A DNA stretch of 64,000 nt from Trichodelitschia bisporula (Eukaryota). The position numbers were made by a program, and so were the translations under genes. The notes beneath the pieces were generated by a model. The model did not search any database. It saw only the letters and a list, made by a program, of their open reading frames with translations, and was not told the DNA's origin. Numbering within the stretch: the first letter of the stretch is position 1; the number at the start of each line of letters is the position of its first letter. Shown here one piece after another: positions 11,998 to 23,927 of the stretch. Where the stretch lies: positions 186,001 through 250,000 of the forward strand of contig ML996707.1 of the NCBI GenBank assembly GCA_010356995.1. Reading direction: 5' to 3'.

Positions 11998-14511
11998 ATG
12001 CTCCGCCGCACACCCCTCCGCTCCTTCGCGACCTGCGCCCGCCGCGCGAAACCAGTCCCGAGCGTGCACCCCACGGGCCCCAGTGGCGACGCTGTGGTGC
12101 AGCCGCCGGCCGCCCGGCGGAGAGAGATGAAGCCGTTTTCGGAGTTTTTGACAGATGGATTCGGGCGGCAGCACAACTACCTGCGGATCAGTATCACGGA
12201 GCGGTGCAATCTGCGGTGTGTGTACTGCATGCCCGAGGGTGTGTTGCCCCACCCTCTCACCGAACCCCGGCTAACCAGAGCCAGAGGGCGTGCCCCTCTC
12301 TCCTCCCGCCCACCTCCTTACTACGCCTGAAATTACATACCTCTCCGCGCTCTTCGTCTCCCAGGGCGTGACTAAGATCCGACTCACGGGCGGCGAGCCC
12401 ACGGTGCGCAAGGATATCGTCCCGTTGATGCGTGGGCTGGGCGCGCTGCGTAGCCAGGGCTTGAAAGAATTGGCGCTGACGACGAATGGGCTGGCGTTGG
12501 GGCGCAAGTTGGATGCGATGGTGGAGGCGGGGCTGACGGGGATCAATCTCAGCCTTGACACGCTCGACCCGTTCCAGTTCCAGATCATGACAAGGCGGAA
12601 GGGCTTCGAGCGCGTGGTGGAGACTATGGACCGGATACTGGAGATGAAGAAGTTGGGTGCGCGGTTGACACTCAAGGTTAACTGCGTGGTGATGCGCGGA
12701 ATTAATGAGGCGGAGGTGGTGCGCTTTGTGGAGCTGGGGAGGGAGAAGGATGTCGAGGTGCGGTTTATCGAGTATATGCCATTTGGGGGCAATCGGTGGG
12801 CGGAGAAGAAGATGGTTTCGTACCGCGAAATGGTCGAGCTCATTCGGGCGAAATATCCGGATCTACACCGTGTCCGCGGACATCTCAACGATACCAGCAA
12901 AACGTACCAGGTGCCTGGGTTTGTGGGCAAGGTTGGCTTCATTACGAGCATGACGGAGAACTTTTGCGGCACGTGTAACCGCCTTCGGATTACGAGCGAC
13001 GGTAACCTCAAGGTGTGTCTACATGGCAATGCTGAGGTCTCGCTGCGCGACGTCCTGCGCGAGGCGAATGAAGGCCGACCTATCGATGAGGCTGCCTTCG
13101 AGGCCATGCGGGCGATTGAGCGGGAGCAGCAGCACTCTGGAATACTGGGTGATACTCCACTAGGATGGGGCGCGCGGGAGGCGCGACTGCTGGGTGTCAT
13201 CGGGCAGGCGGTGCGGCGCAAGAAGGAGAAGCACGCGGGCATCGGCCAACTGGAGAAGATGGAGAATCGGCCTATGATATTGATCGGTGGGTGATGCTCC
13301 TTTCCTCTTGGGTTCGGGTTACGCAGCGTTATCTTTGGCATATACTTGACTTTGGCCTGGGCTTGGGTTGGCGCTTTGGATTTAGGCTCAGGCTTGGGGT
13401 GCTTGCGTTGAGCGTGGAGATACCATATAGGATGGCAATGGCAGTTTTCGTTCACCGCTAACCTGTGCCGATGTCCCTAGATCGCGCTACTCGAACGCCC
13501 TGGAGCCATATCCCATCGCACCTTCTCAGCCCTTCCCTCCATACTCACCAACTCCGCTTTGCAAGCACCTGGATCCGCAATTCACGAAGGCAACAGGAGC
13601 CTGTAGACCCCGGATCCCGAAGGTCCTTCAAGCTCCGTAAAATGTTTCTGGAGTCGGTGAAACACTTCATCACTGAACTCGATGACCTTCTCCGCTTCGT
13701 CCGCTTGGCTCTCTTTGCCGTCTTGTCCAAGAAACAGGTCTCGGAAATGCAGGAACGGGATGTTTCGCCTGACGAGTTGGCAGAGGCGGTAGAGCGGGCG
13801 CTGACTCCACCGGCGCTGACTCCACCGGAACACGTCCTTGAGGAGCGCACGCTCGACGATCTGCGCACTATCTATTCCCCGGAATGGGGGCAATGGGTGC
13901 CGGGCCAGGGGTGCGAGTTCGGGGTTCAGGGGAAGGGGAAGGTGGATGGGCGGAGAGAGTTCTCTACGTCGTCGCGGCGGCAGAATGAAGGCGATGACGA
14001 AGCGGGGAAAGGGAGTCAACTGACGCACCTCACGCCCACCGGCACCGCACACATGGTGCACGTAGGCGGCAAACCATGGACCGCGCGCTCCGCCATCGCG
14101 TCTTGCGAAGTGCACTTCACGTCCGCAGCCACAATCGAGCTCGTCCGGTCCGCAGCACTGAAAAAAGGCGACGTTCTCGCCGTAGCGCGGATAGCGGGGA
14201 TCCAGGCCGCGAAGCTGTGTCCCAGCTTGATTCCGCTGTGTCATCCGATTCTAATTGATGGCGTGGATGTGGACGTCGAGGTCAATGAGGGGATGGGCAG
14301 ATACGGCGGTGTTCGGGTCAGGGGCACGGTGCGGTGTACCGGGCCTACGGGTGTGGAAATGGAGGCACTGTGCGCGGTCACCGGCGCTGCACTCGCGGTC
14401 GTGGATATGGTCAAGGGTGTTGATCGGGGAGTGAGGATTGAAGGCGTGGGCGTGGTGGAGAAGAGGGGTGGACGGAGTGGGGTTTGGAGGGCGGATGAGG
14501 GGACGGAATAG
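11998..14511 (+). CDS. cnxABC: Molybdenum cofactor biosynthesis protein 1: MoaA-type GTP 3',8-cyclase (stop at 13294) plus MoaC-type cPMP synthase (end 14511)
   Basis: Radical-[12 protein letters not shown]-terminal cluster motif [14 protein letters not shown], and MILIGG end. MoaC motifs [37 protein letters not shown]. Introns at 12239-12284 and 13287-13480. Confidence 0.95.
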
Positions 14512-16222
14512 GCCCGTTTCATTGCTGTATATAGAGAGGCAGATGGGCTGTACATAATGGGCCTCCTCCTGCAGCGAGGCTACCAACGCTTGATATACTC
14601 GGTGCGATGTGTCTCTGGTGTCAGCCTCGCAATCTTATCTCTCGATCGGGATTAGATAAGATCGCCCAAGGGCTGATGGAAAAAGTAATGGCACCTCCCC
14701 TTGATAGTTATTTCCTTTAATTCGGTCAAAGCCTTAGCAACAGCCGGCCACAACACTTTTGGGGGGAGCCATCACTCTTTACATCAGCCCTACGGGCTGA
14801 GGGTTCTAAATTTAGACATCGGCAATCGGACCCAGCGGGCGCCGACCGATGGGCGCCCGACGCTCACGAAAGATCCACTGGCCGGCCGCAGCACATGGCG
14901 GATCAGCGCGGGTGAGTGTTGGCCGTACCGTATTTTCTGCATGACTGCTGTTCGGATGTCCGACGATTTGGATTTGAGGCCGATGGGCTACGGGAATAAG
15001 ATTACTGGTCTGGGCTATTTGTGAGGGGTATTTTTGCGTTGTGGTGTCGGTGTGCAGGGCTTTGGATTGCCCTACTTTAGCGATGCAAAATGTGCCCTAT
15101 TTCTAGGTTTGTGGGGTATTCCGAGGACACTGGAGTTTGGTACAATGGTGTCGCAGGTGTGCCTACGGACCTGGGCTGGGGGAGGCAGATAGAGTGTTCC
15201 CGCGGTTTACCCTTTGCGGGCGACATGTGGGGGAGGGGCAGGTTGGGTAAGGACACAGTACGATGTACCATCTACGCACGAAGTGATGTCGGATGCTCGC
15301 TGGTAATCGGGAGGCCGACTGGTTCGTCATGTCGCCCTTAAGTTAAGCGACCCGACGACTTGCAATGCGTCCTGATGGAAGCCGGGGGATTTTGCGAGCC
15401 GGTTGTGGCGGTGCGATATGTGCCAAGACTAGGCACCAGATGAGTTGCGCGTCGCGATACGTTACCCTACGGAGTATTGGGGAGGGGAAGGAAAGGCATT
15501 CGGGTGAGACTTCTGTTCGTTTGGAGTCGCTGTCTTTGCGAGTCAGTGTTTTGGTGAGCTTTGCGGGACAGCAATATGAGAGTGCGGGGCAGCGAGTGTA
15601 TAAAAACGGCAACGAGGGAGAAATTGCAGCACTCTAAACTAATGCTGCAATCTGATGCTGCGAAACAATCGTCCGGGGGAAAGTGGGGGGGGGGGCGACG
15701 GGTTAGGGAGGACGGAGGTGCGACATTCCCATGCTCGGTTTCTCGCCCAATCACATACCTTGACGACGAGCGCTAAGCCTCGGTGCGGTTTGAGCTAAAG
15801 CGAATGCAGCGTGTCTAATCCCTGCTCTAGCTCAACCGGTTCGGAGAGACGAGAGAGCCGACGCTGGGCTTGTGCCGCTTGGCCATACCAAAGTGCACAG
15901 CCCCCCCGGCTCGCTCGCTCTTGACCTTGACGCCGCCCTGTTCTCATCTCACTCTTTCCTCGTCTCGCATCTCACAACCTCTTCACACTCACCCAACCCA
16001 ACACTCTCATCACCACCATTTCTACCATCGCTACAACCACCAAAACCACCACAAGCAACCTTCGACATAACGATCCTGTACTCGTAGTGTAGGATAGTAG
16101 CCATCGGATTGGTGTTTTCCACCGCTGAAAGGCCACCAAACCTCAACTCCGCTGCTGGCTGACAGCCACCGTGCCATTGAACTTTCCTCTCTCCAAAGTT
16201 CCTACATCCCACACTACTCACA

Positions 16223-17851
16223 ATGGCCACCGCCATTCGCTCCTCCTTCAACTACCCACAATTCTCACAGCATCTCCCTCAAGCCCCATCTCATCTCGAC
16301 ATCCAGACGATCTACCAAGGGCACCAGCGGGTTGTCCAGCCGCAGGATCTCCGTCCAATTCCAGAAGGGGCACAATGGCAGCCCGCTCGCGATGCACAGG
16401 TCCAGGCTCCGTCTGGGTCCCGCTCCGTCTATGATCCCATGATGGGACACACATATAACATCCCGACAGCGCCTTCACAGAACTACACTGAGCATCGCCA
16501 GCACACTGGCATCCCACTCAAGTACGTCAAGCACGTACAAGATGAGGCGCCGCTCGGAGAAGACCTCTACAACTTCGACCAACTTCCGCCGCCGGTTCCG
16601 ATTCCCTATACCATGGGTGGGGGCCCCGCCTTCCCGTCGCATGGTCCTCCCATGATCCAGCAAGGCTTTCCTCCTTCATTCCAGTCGCATGTGAACAGCT
16701 CCAAGATCGCCCAGATCATTGCCTTTTTGGCCCCGACTTCCCAGGTACCGACGCCAAAGGGGGTTCAGGCGAAACGCGACAAGACGCCGGATGACGATAC
16801 CAAGATGCTGCAGAGCGAGGAGGGCAAGAAGCTGCCCAGCCGCCAGCGTAGGCAGATTAGGAACAAGCTGTCTGCGCGCAACTTCCGCGAGCGCCGCAAG
16901 GGTAAGTAACCGTCAGTAGAAGGAAACCAATGCTAACGGAAGCCAGAGTACATGAATCAGATGGAAGACCAGAACTCCCGTCTCCGTGCTGAGAATCGGG
17001 GCCTCGTCGATTTTACAACCGCATTGCTCCAACACCCCGCATTCAACGGCTATATCGACGATTTCGTCAAGGTTGCAGAGGAGAACGCTCGTAATCGCGT
17101 GCCCGACATTCAGAAGAGTGTCGAGCATCATGAGGGTTTCGAGCACGAGGATTTCGACGATGAGGTCACGCCGGCGCCGCAGTCCCAGACGCCCCAGCTG
17201 GAGTCGCTGCAGCCCCAGTTCTCGCAGCCTCAGCCCACCCAGATTGTGCGGCCGCTCCGTCAGCCCGTCATGTCGGGGTTCATGTCGGTGGATATGAAGT
17301 TCGATTTCAACGCCTCGATGACCCCGACACAGGAGTCTGCGTCGCAGCAACAGCAACAGAAACAGCACCAAGACAAACAGGTGCAGCAGCAACAGCAGCA
17401 GCAGCAACAGCAGCAACAGCAGCAGCAGCAACAGCAGCAACAGCAGCAACAGCAGCAACAGCACCAGCAGCAGCACCAGCAACAGCAACAGCAACAGCAA
17501 CAGCACCAGCAACAGCACCAGCAGCCGCAGCAACAGCACCGGCACCAGCAGCAACAGCAGCGTCGTCCATCTGGCCAGTCGCCCATGCAGTTCGACCCGG
17601 CTTTTGTCTGGCCGAACCTTGACATGACCCTTGAAACGGTGCCCGAAACGGCGATGCTGAGTGCGATAAGTGCGCCTTCTCAGGACGAGCGCATGTCATT
17701 CTCAAGCGTTCAATCGGCCTCGTCAAGTGTTGCCGGCGGTGACGTCGATTCATTTACAGGCGGGTCCGGGACCATTGATCCTTCAGCACTTACGGACCCG
17801 AGCCCGGACTTTGGGCTGGGGTATCCTATGGGCATGTTCCTGGAGCCTTAG
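16223..17851 (+). CDS. bZIP transcription factor with polyglutamine tract
   Basis: Basic region EEGKKLPSRQRRQIRNKLSARNFRERRK is joined by canonical intron 16902-16946 to EYMNQMEDQNSRLRAENRGL (zipper). Confidence 0.88.
17345..17560 (+). repeat. CAG/CAA/CAC trinucleotide repeat (polyQ/H) in bZIP gene
   Basis: Visible (CAR)n array, about 26 uninterrupted Gln at 17384-17461. Confidence 0.97.
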
Positions 17852-19909
17852 GTGTGAGGTGCGGCGTCGCTTGGATGATGTGTGAATCAGCGTGGTCAAT
17901 TGGACTGATTTGGGCTGAAAATACGTACTAACGCCTGACATTTGGGTGGGTGTATGTTTGAGGCCGAGACGGTCCAGTTGACCCAACCTGGTGTGGATTG
18001 GGATTGGGAACGGTCTTTGGCGTTACTGGTTGAGCGTTGATTGTCATGTGCCACGGCTCTTCGCTTCTTGTCTATGTTGCGAGCTGCTACTCCTCGCTTT
18101 TTCTTGGTGTGTATGTTTCTCGTTTTTGGTTTGGCGTGACGGGTGGGATGTATACCTCCGTATCCCAAGAGCGTAATGGTTCAGTGATCCAGAGGGTTGC
18201 TGGGCGATGTGATCTGACGCCGCGGGATGTAAGTGTGGAGAAGTGATACTGCCGAGTGGATTGAAAGAATATACTCAACCGAACATATGAACTTTGAACC
18301 GTGATCGAGTGAATTGATGCCAATCTGGATTCGTCGACTCGTGATGTCGAGCTGGTACATGGCGATGTCGCAAGGCAAAAGATGAAAAGGCACCGCATGA
18401 GTTATGACCTTTCATAGGTAAAGTCCATTACTTCCTCAACACACGGATATCACAGAGACCAAAGGCTGCTTGATATACTACGTACAATTTCGCCTCAGAG
18501 ACGACGCGACGCAACTCGACTTCGACCGCGCACGAACGCGTCACTGAGGCCCACCCAACGCGCCCGACGACACGACTACCAATGACTTGCCCGGGCACGA
18601 TGGGTCTTCCGTCGGGAAGAACGGCCTCGTCTGCGCTTGCAACAGGCGGTACTCGTACGTCAAGGCTCGACGGGTAAAGATCTAAATGCCGGCTAGCCGG
18701 AGCAGACGTCAGGCTATGAGCGGCCGTCAGCCCATACGTTGTCGAAAGGCCCACCAAGGCTTGGTTGTTGGGGAATGTGAGGGGCTAGAGTCGCTGCATG
18801 CTGTTACGTGGAAGTGGACGCGACTGCAAGGCTTGCGTGGTGCTGTGAGGACGTTGAGGGTGGATGCTGGAGCGGATGGGGAGGAGAGGAAAGGAGGATT
18901 CCGGCAAAGCTCTGGAGGGAGTTTAGTACTGATGGAGCTAGGTGAGAAACTGGAGCTGCACGACTTACTCTGGCGCAAATGTGCCAGCTTGGATGCTTTA
19001 CCCGTCTGTCGACGTTGTTGAGCTCAAGGCTCACCTCACCGCTGCAGTCCGCCCTCATGATGGCCCAGGCGACAAGGCCGTGTCAGGCATCAGCCAAAAA
19101 AAATTCCCCGGCACTCCCGCAACTCCACATCCTCACACCCCGCCATTTGAGCCCCGCACTTTTTTCCTAAGTGCTGCTTTCGCCAGGTATCGTCTGTATT
19201 CCTGTCAGGTTTCCGCTGAGATCACGGTCGTGGATCACACCTCCCACATGCTGTCGCATTGGCTCTCTCACTCTCCGTCCGCTCCATTCGCGCCACGCGG
19301 ACTCCTCCGCTGCTGTCTGTTTACCTGAGGTGGGATAGGAACAGGATTGAGCCGGATTGTAGGAGGGGAATCTGGGAGAAGATTCCACGGCGTGGAGAGA
19401 AGGCGGAGGCGAAGACGAGTGGGGAGGTTGCTGAACCTGTGCCGCGCGACACCGCATCACACCGCAAGCCGGAAGAGATCACCACCACACACCTTACCGG
19501 CGACAAATCTGTTACCGAACACACCGGTTGCGGAGAACCTAATCAGTACTGCGAATACGAACTCTCCACAGGGCGTACTCCAGCCGACGCACCTGCACCT
19601 GCTTCCTATCCCATAGTCGCCGAACCTTTCGCCTCCCGAGCACCACCGCCATCACGGTACCATACAGCCACGAGTATCACTACACCCACAAAAACCAGTG
19701 TCTACGGAAAGACCCCGTTTCACCCCAACATCCATAACGTTTGGGACTATTTTGACCTGCGGCGCGCAGCTCCGGATTTCGTGACTCGCGACTACACTGG
19801 GCGGCCAGATATTTTGAACACATCGGACAAGGCTTTGAGCGAATTCTACATTGCACGCACGCCGGCATCGGTTTTTCTGCAGCCCAACTACGGGCTGTTC
19901 AAGCGCAAC

Positions 19910-22900
19910 ATGGCGGATTCTACCAATACAGCCTCCGCAGGTCCTAGACCTAGTCTCTTTCCGCCGCTTTCACGTCTTCCCACTATGGATCCCAATCTCA
20001 GGGCCCGGGCCAGGGAGCGCATGTCGAGCTCCGTGAGCGTCATCACCGCCCCAACGGCAGATACACCCGGTGCACTGCTCTGTCTGCGCTTCGACAATGC
20101 TCGGTATCTGGTCGGACGAGTCGGAGAGGGTTCGCAGCGGGCATGTGTGGAGCAGAGCGTGGGTCTGAAAAAGGTCCGCGACTTGATTCTCACTGGCCGC
20201 GCGGGCACCGAAGGTGCTGGTGGTGTGCTTGGAATGATGTTGACGCTGGCGGATGTGGTCAGAACCTCGAGGGAGGATATGATCGCGAACGCAAAGGGGG
20301 CGGACACTGAGGAGAATCCGACGTTTTTGCGGCTCTATGGCGCCCCCGGTATGATGCAGATGGTGGCTACGGCAAGGGCGTTTATTTTCCGCAAGGGCCT
20401 GCCGGTGCATGTGTATGAAATGGAGGGCGAGGAGGTTGTGCGCAATGAGAAGGGGGAGTGGCTGCCGACGTGGGCGGACGACAATGTGCGCGTGTGGGCC
20501 ATGCCGATCGAGCCCGAGACGGAGCAGACCTCGGGACCGAGCCGCAAGCGCAGTTTCGACGAAGTCGACCCGGAGGTCGCTGCGCCGCGCAAGCGCACCA
20601 TCTCCCCACCGGATACTCCAGCCGCCTCCGCGACCCCCGACTTCGCAGCCTCCGAGCCCGTGGAATCAGACGCCGAGCGCAACACCCACCACGCGCAGAT
20701 CCGCGAGTCTGTCGTTGCCGACATGTTTTCCTCGACCTGGCGGCTTGACAGCCTGCAGGAGGTGCCGCTGCGCACCGTGCAGCGCCCGGCCGTGATCTGG
20801 GTCCGCGACCCGACTACCCGTGATTTGGTTAAGTATACCGGGCCGTACCCGGGGGAAGCGCCCTTGCCTGAGCCGGATATGAAGGTGTACATTCGCCGCC
20901 CTTGGCCGGCGGCGCTGATTAATGCGCTTCCGCCTACAACGCCCTCCCCCAAGGCCCTCAGCTACATCATCGGGACGTATCCGCGCCGCGGCAAGTTTGA
21001 TCGCGATGCCGCCGTGCGTCTCGGCGTACAGCGGGGCCCGGATTTTGGCCACTTGACCAATGGGCAGAGTGTGTTGAACAAGGACGGCAAGACGATCACA
21101 CCGGATATGGTCGTCGGGCCTGACCGGCAGGGTGGCGGCATCGCGGTCATCGACCTCCCGACACCGGACTACGTGGCGCCTACCCTGCGCCGCGCGGAGT
21201 GGAATGCGCCCGAGGTCATGCGCGGTGTAGGCGCGGTGGTCTGGATCCTGGGCCCGGGCGTCGCGGCCGTCCCCGCTCTGGCGTCCTTCATGGCGGACCT
21301 TGAGAAACGTGGCCTGCATAATATCGTCGCCTCGCCGGACACGTGCCCTAACCGGCTGTCCATGGTCCGTGCCGCACAGCAGGCGACACGCCTTGCGCTC
21401 CTTGACCCGGTCACGTACCCGGTGCCGCACTTCGATAATACGGTTGTTCCACAAGCTGGCGCGGGTCTGGCGCAGGACCGCGTCAGCGTGTTGCCTGAGA
21501 CGGCCATTCCCGCTGTCCCGGGGACGGAGATCATGCTTGAGCCACGGTTTGAGTTGCGCCACTTCACTGAGCAGCCTGATCCCCTGGCGCTGGATAACAC
21601 GCCGGACACTCTGGAGGCAATCCGACTCGCACGAGAGGCGCGGGAAGCCATTTCCCCTACCGAGCACAAGGCGTGGCGCGCGAGTCTCCCCCCCTTGGCC
21701 GCAGATACTACAGTCGTAACGCTCGGCACCGGAAGTGCACTCCCCTCCCGTTACCGCAATGTCAGCGCAACGCTCATCCGCGTCCCCGGCTGGGGCAGCT
21801 ACCTGCTAGACTGCGGCGAAAACACACTAGGGCAGCTGCGCCGCGTGTTCCCGCCTGCGGAGCTGGAAGAAGTCCTCAGAGACCTGCGCGGCATCTGGGT
21901 CTCCCACCTCCACGCCGATCACCACCTCGGCACCGTAGCCGTGATCCGCGCGTGGCGCGCCCTGGTTCATGGCTCCGGCACGACGCCGCGGGTTAGTTCC
22001 GCGGTGCTGGATTCAAAGGGCGGTGAGGAGGCGCGGAGCCCGTATCTCGCTGTTATGGCGGATGTGCGCTTCATGCATTACTTGTCTGAGTTTGCGGGGG
22101 TTGAGGACTTTGGGTTTGAGTACGTGCTCCCGCTCGCCGTGCGCCCGGGCCGCGTGGACCAGTCGGGGGAGGTGCGCTTCATGCTCCCGGCCCAGGGCGT
22201 GAGTATTCCGGTCCCGGCGGATGCGCTCCGCCGCCTCGTTGGCTTGGCGAATGTGCAGGCTTGCCCTGTGATTCACTGCCATGGCGCTATGGCTGTGGTG
22301 CTTTCCTGGCCCACCGCCGAGGGGACCGAGCCGCTCAAGGTTGCGTACAGCGGGGATTGTCGCCCTTCCCGGCCGTTCGCGGCATTGGGCAAGGGGGCTA
22401 CGCTCTTGGTGCATGAGGCGACGTTTGAAGAGGGATTGGAGGGGGAGGCGAGAGCGAAGAAGCATAGTACTGTGGGGGAGGCGCTGGAGGTTGGGAGGAG
22501 GATAGGCGCGCGGGCGGTGGTGTTGACGCATTTTTCGCAGAGGTATCAGAAAGTGCCTGTTGTTGAGGGGGCGAAGGGGGTTTGTGAGATTGGGAGTGGG
22601 AGTGAGGGGGTAGGGGATGACGGGGAGGGGGATGTGCGCACCCCGGTGGTGGACGAGGTCCTCCCTGCGTCGATGGATGATAACCCTATGCCGACATACG
22701 GCAATGCTCCGCCCGCCCAGCAGCCCACCACGGACTCGGACCCAGCCCCCGGCGTCGCAGGCCCAGGCTACGTCCTCCCGCCCTCCGACCCGCCCCTCCC
22801 CGTCGTCAGCGCCGGCATCGTAGAAGGCACAGGCGGGGCCGCGGGCACGCCGGTACAAGACGCATTAGCAGAGATGGACATTGACTTTGGGCCTGATCCG

Positions 22901-23377
22901 CGGGCCGAGTTGGAGGTGCTGCGTGGTGTGCGGCGGGGTGAGGCGCCGCTTGTGAAGGGGGTGGAGGGGCAGGTGGCTGTGCCGGAATCGCTGATTAGTG
23001 CGGTTAAGGAGTTGGGAGGGGAGGTTGTGCCGCCGGGTATTGCTGATGGGGTTGGAGGGGAGAATGGGGATGGGGAAGGGCATGAGTGGAGGGAGAGGGT
23101 GAAGGTTGCGGTTGCGTTTGATTATATGCGGTTTAGGTTGGGGGATATGGATTTTGTGCAGGTGGGGAGGGAGGCGGTTGGACGGGTGTTTGTTGTTGCT
23201 GGGGAGGAGGGGGAGGGGGAGGAAGAGGTTGAGAAGACGGTGGTGGAGGTTAAGGAGGAGAAGAAAGAGAAGAAGGGGAAGAAGAAGAGGGAGGGGAAGA
23301 AGGAGAAGAAGGGCGAGACGGGGAATACGCCGCTGATACGGGATATGGTGTTGGGTGACGGTGGAAATGGTGCGTAG
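19910..23377 (+). CDS. trz1: tRNase Z (long form, ELAC2/Trz1); start uncertain, frame open back to 19220
   Basis: TAPTADTPG N-terminal motif, GKFD...GP exosite, LGTGSALPSRYRNVS, LLDCGENT, SHLHADHHLG, YSGDCRP, HEATF, KHST, LTHFSQRY. Confidence 0.95.
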   Translation: MADSTNTASAGPRPSLFPPLSRLPTMDPNLRARARERMSSSVSVITAPTADTPGALLCLRFDNARYLVGRVGEGSQRACVEQSVGLKKVRDLILTGRAGTEGAGGVLGMMLTLADVVRTSREDMIANAKGADTEENPTFLRLYGAPGMMQMVATARAFIFRKGLPVHVYEMEGEEVVRNEKGEWLPTWADDNVRVWAMPIEPETEQTSGPSRKRSFDEVDPEVAAPRKRTISPPDTPAASATPDFAASEPVESDAERNTHHAQIRESVVADMFSSTWRLDSLQEVPLRTVQRPAVIWVRDPTTRDLVKYTGPYPGEAPLPEPDMKVYIRRPWPAALINALPPTTPSPKALSYIIGTYPRRGKFDRDAAVRLGVQRGPDFGHLTNGQSVLNKDGKTITPDMVVGPDRQGGGIAVIDLPTPDYVAPTLRRAEWNAPEVMRGVGAVVWILGPGVAAVPALASFMADLEKRGLHNIVASPDTCPNRLSMVRAAQQATRLALLDPVTYPVPHFDNTVVPQAGAGLAQDRVSVLPETAIPAVPGTEIMLEPRFELRHFTEQPDPLALDNTPDTLEAIRLAREAREAISPTEHKAWRASLPPLAADTTVVTLGTGSALPSRYRNVSATLIRVPGWGSYLLDCGENTLGQLRRVFPPAELEEVLRDLRGIWVSHLHADHHLGTVAVIRAWRALVHGSGTTPRVSSAVLDSKGGEEARSPYLAVMADVRFMHYLSEFAGVEDFGFEYVLPLAVRPGRVDQSGEVRFMLPAQGVSIPVPADALRRLVGLANVQACPVIHCHGAMAVVLSWPTAEGTEPLKVAYSGDCRPSRPFAALGKGATLLVHEATFEEGLEGEARAKKHSTVGEALEVGRRIGARAVVLTHFSQRYQKVPVVEGAKGVCEIGSGSEGVGDDGEGDVRTPVVDEVLPASMDDNPMPTYGNAPPAQQPTTDSDPAPGVAGPGYVLPPSDPPLPVVSAGIVEGTGGAAGTPVQDALAEMDIDFGPDPRAELEVLRGVRRGEAPLVKGVEGQVAVPESLISAVKELGGEVVPPGIADGVGGENGDGEGHEWRERVKVAVAFDYMRFRLGDMDFVQVGREAVGRVFVVAGEEGEGEEEVEKTVVEVKEEKKEKKGKKKREGKKEKKGETGNTPLIRDMVLGDGGNGA

Positions 23378-23927
23378 ACAGATCGGCATATCGCGGCGTT
23401 TTTGTGTATGTAACGATACCGTAGATGTGGGAGGGCGGATATCTCCCCTTGAATATAATGCATTGTACATGTCCGGTTGGGGATGTGGTGAGGTTGGGCA
23501 AGGCTGGCGCCTGTGTAATGCAATGCATTGCGATGGCTTATGTGACTGACTTCCCCTTCAGAGATTCCCTTCCGCCGATAACGCACTTAAGACATGTGGC
23601 ATATGACATTATGCACCCGGTCACATCTTGCTCTGTGAATCACTCCAGAAACAAGATCAAGATGCAAATCATCCCCATCTCCGGAATCCCAGTCTACCTT
23701 CCCAAAGCGGCTAGTCCGGCCGCATTCCCGCAACCACACTCCAAGGGCTCCATCCTCCCAATCTATCTTCATCAATGCCCGCCCGCGCATGCTCAAAGCG
23801 CCCAGCCCACGCGCGCAATACGCGTCTGGCGGGGCAATCTCGGCCACGGAAGTGAGCACTATCGCCCCGCGGGGCCGATATATATCACGTCCCCGCGCCG
23901 CACTCAGGATGGCATTCATCGTTGACC

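Noticed and set aside
12271..13455. 394-aa antisense ORF over MoaA, and similar long antisense ORFs over tRNase Z and SDR
   Set aside because: Expected shadows of GC-rich coding sequence.
16902..16946. Possible HAC1-type unconventional intron in the bZIP gene
   Set aside because: The intron is canonical GT..GCTAAC..AG and the basic region does not resemble Hac1.
16913..17753. Poly-Leu, poly-Cys and poly-Ala/Val ORFs on the minus strand
   Set aside because: Antisense readings of the bZIP CAG/CAA repeat.
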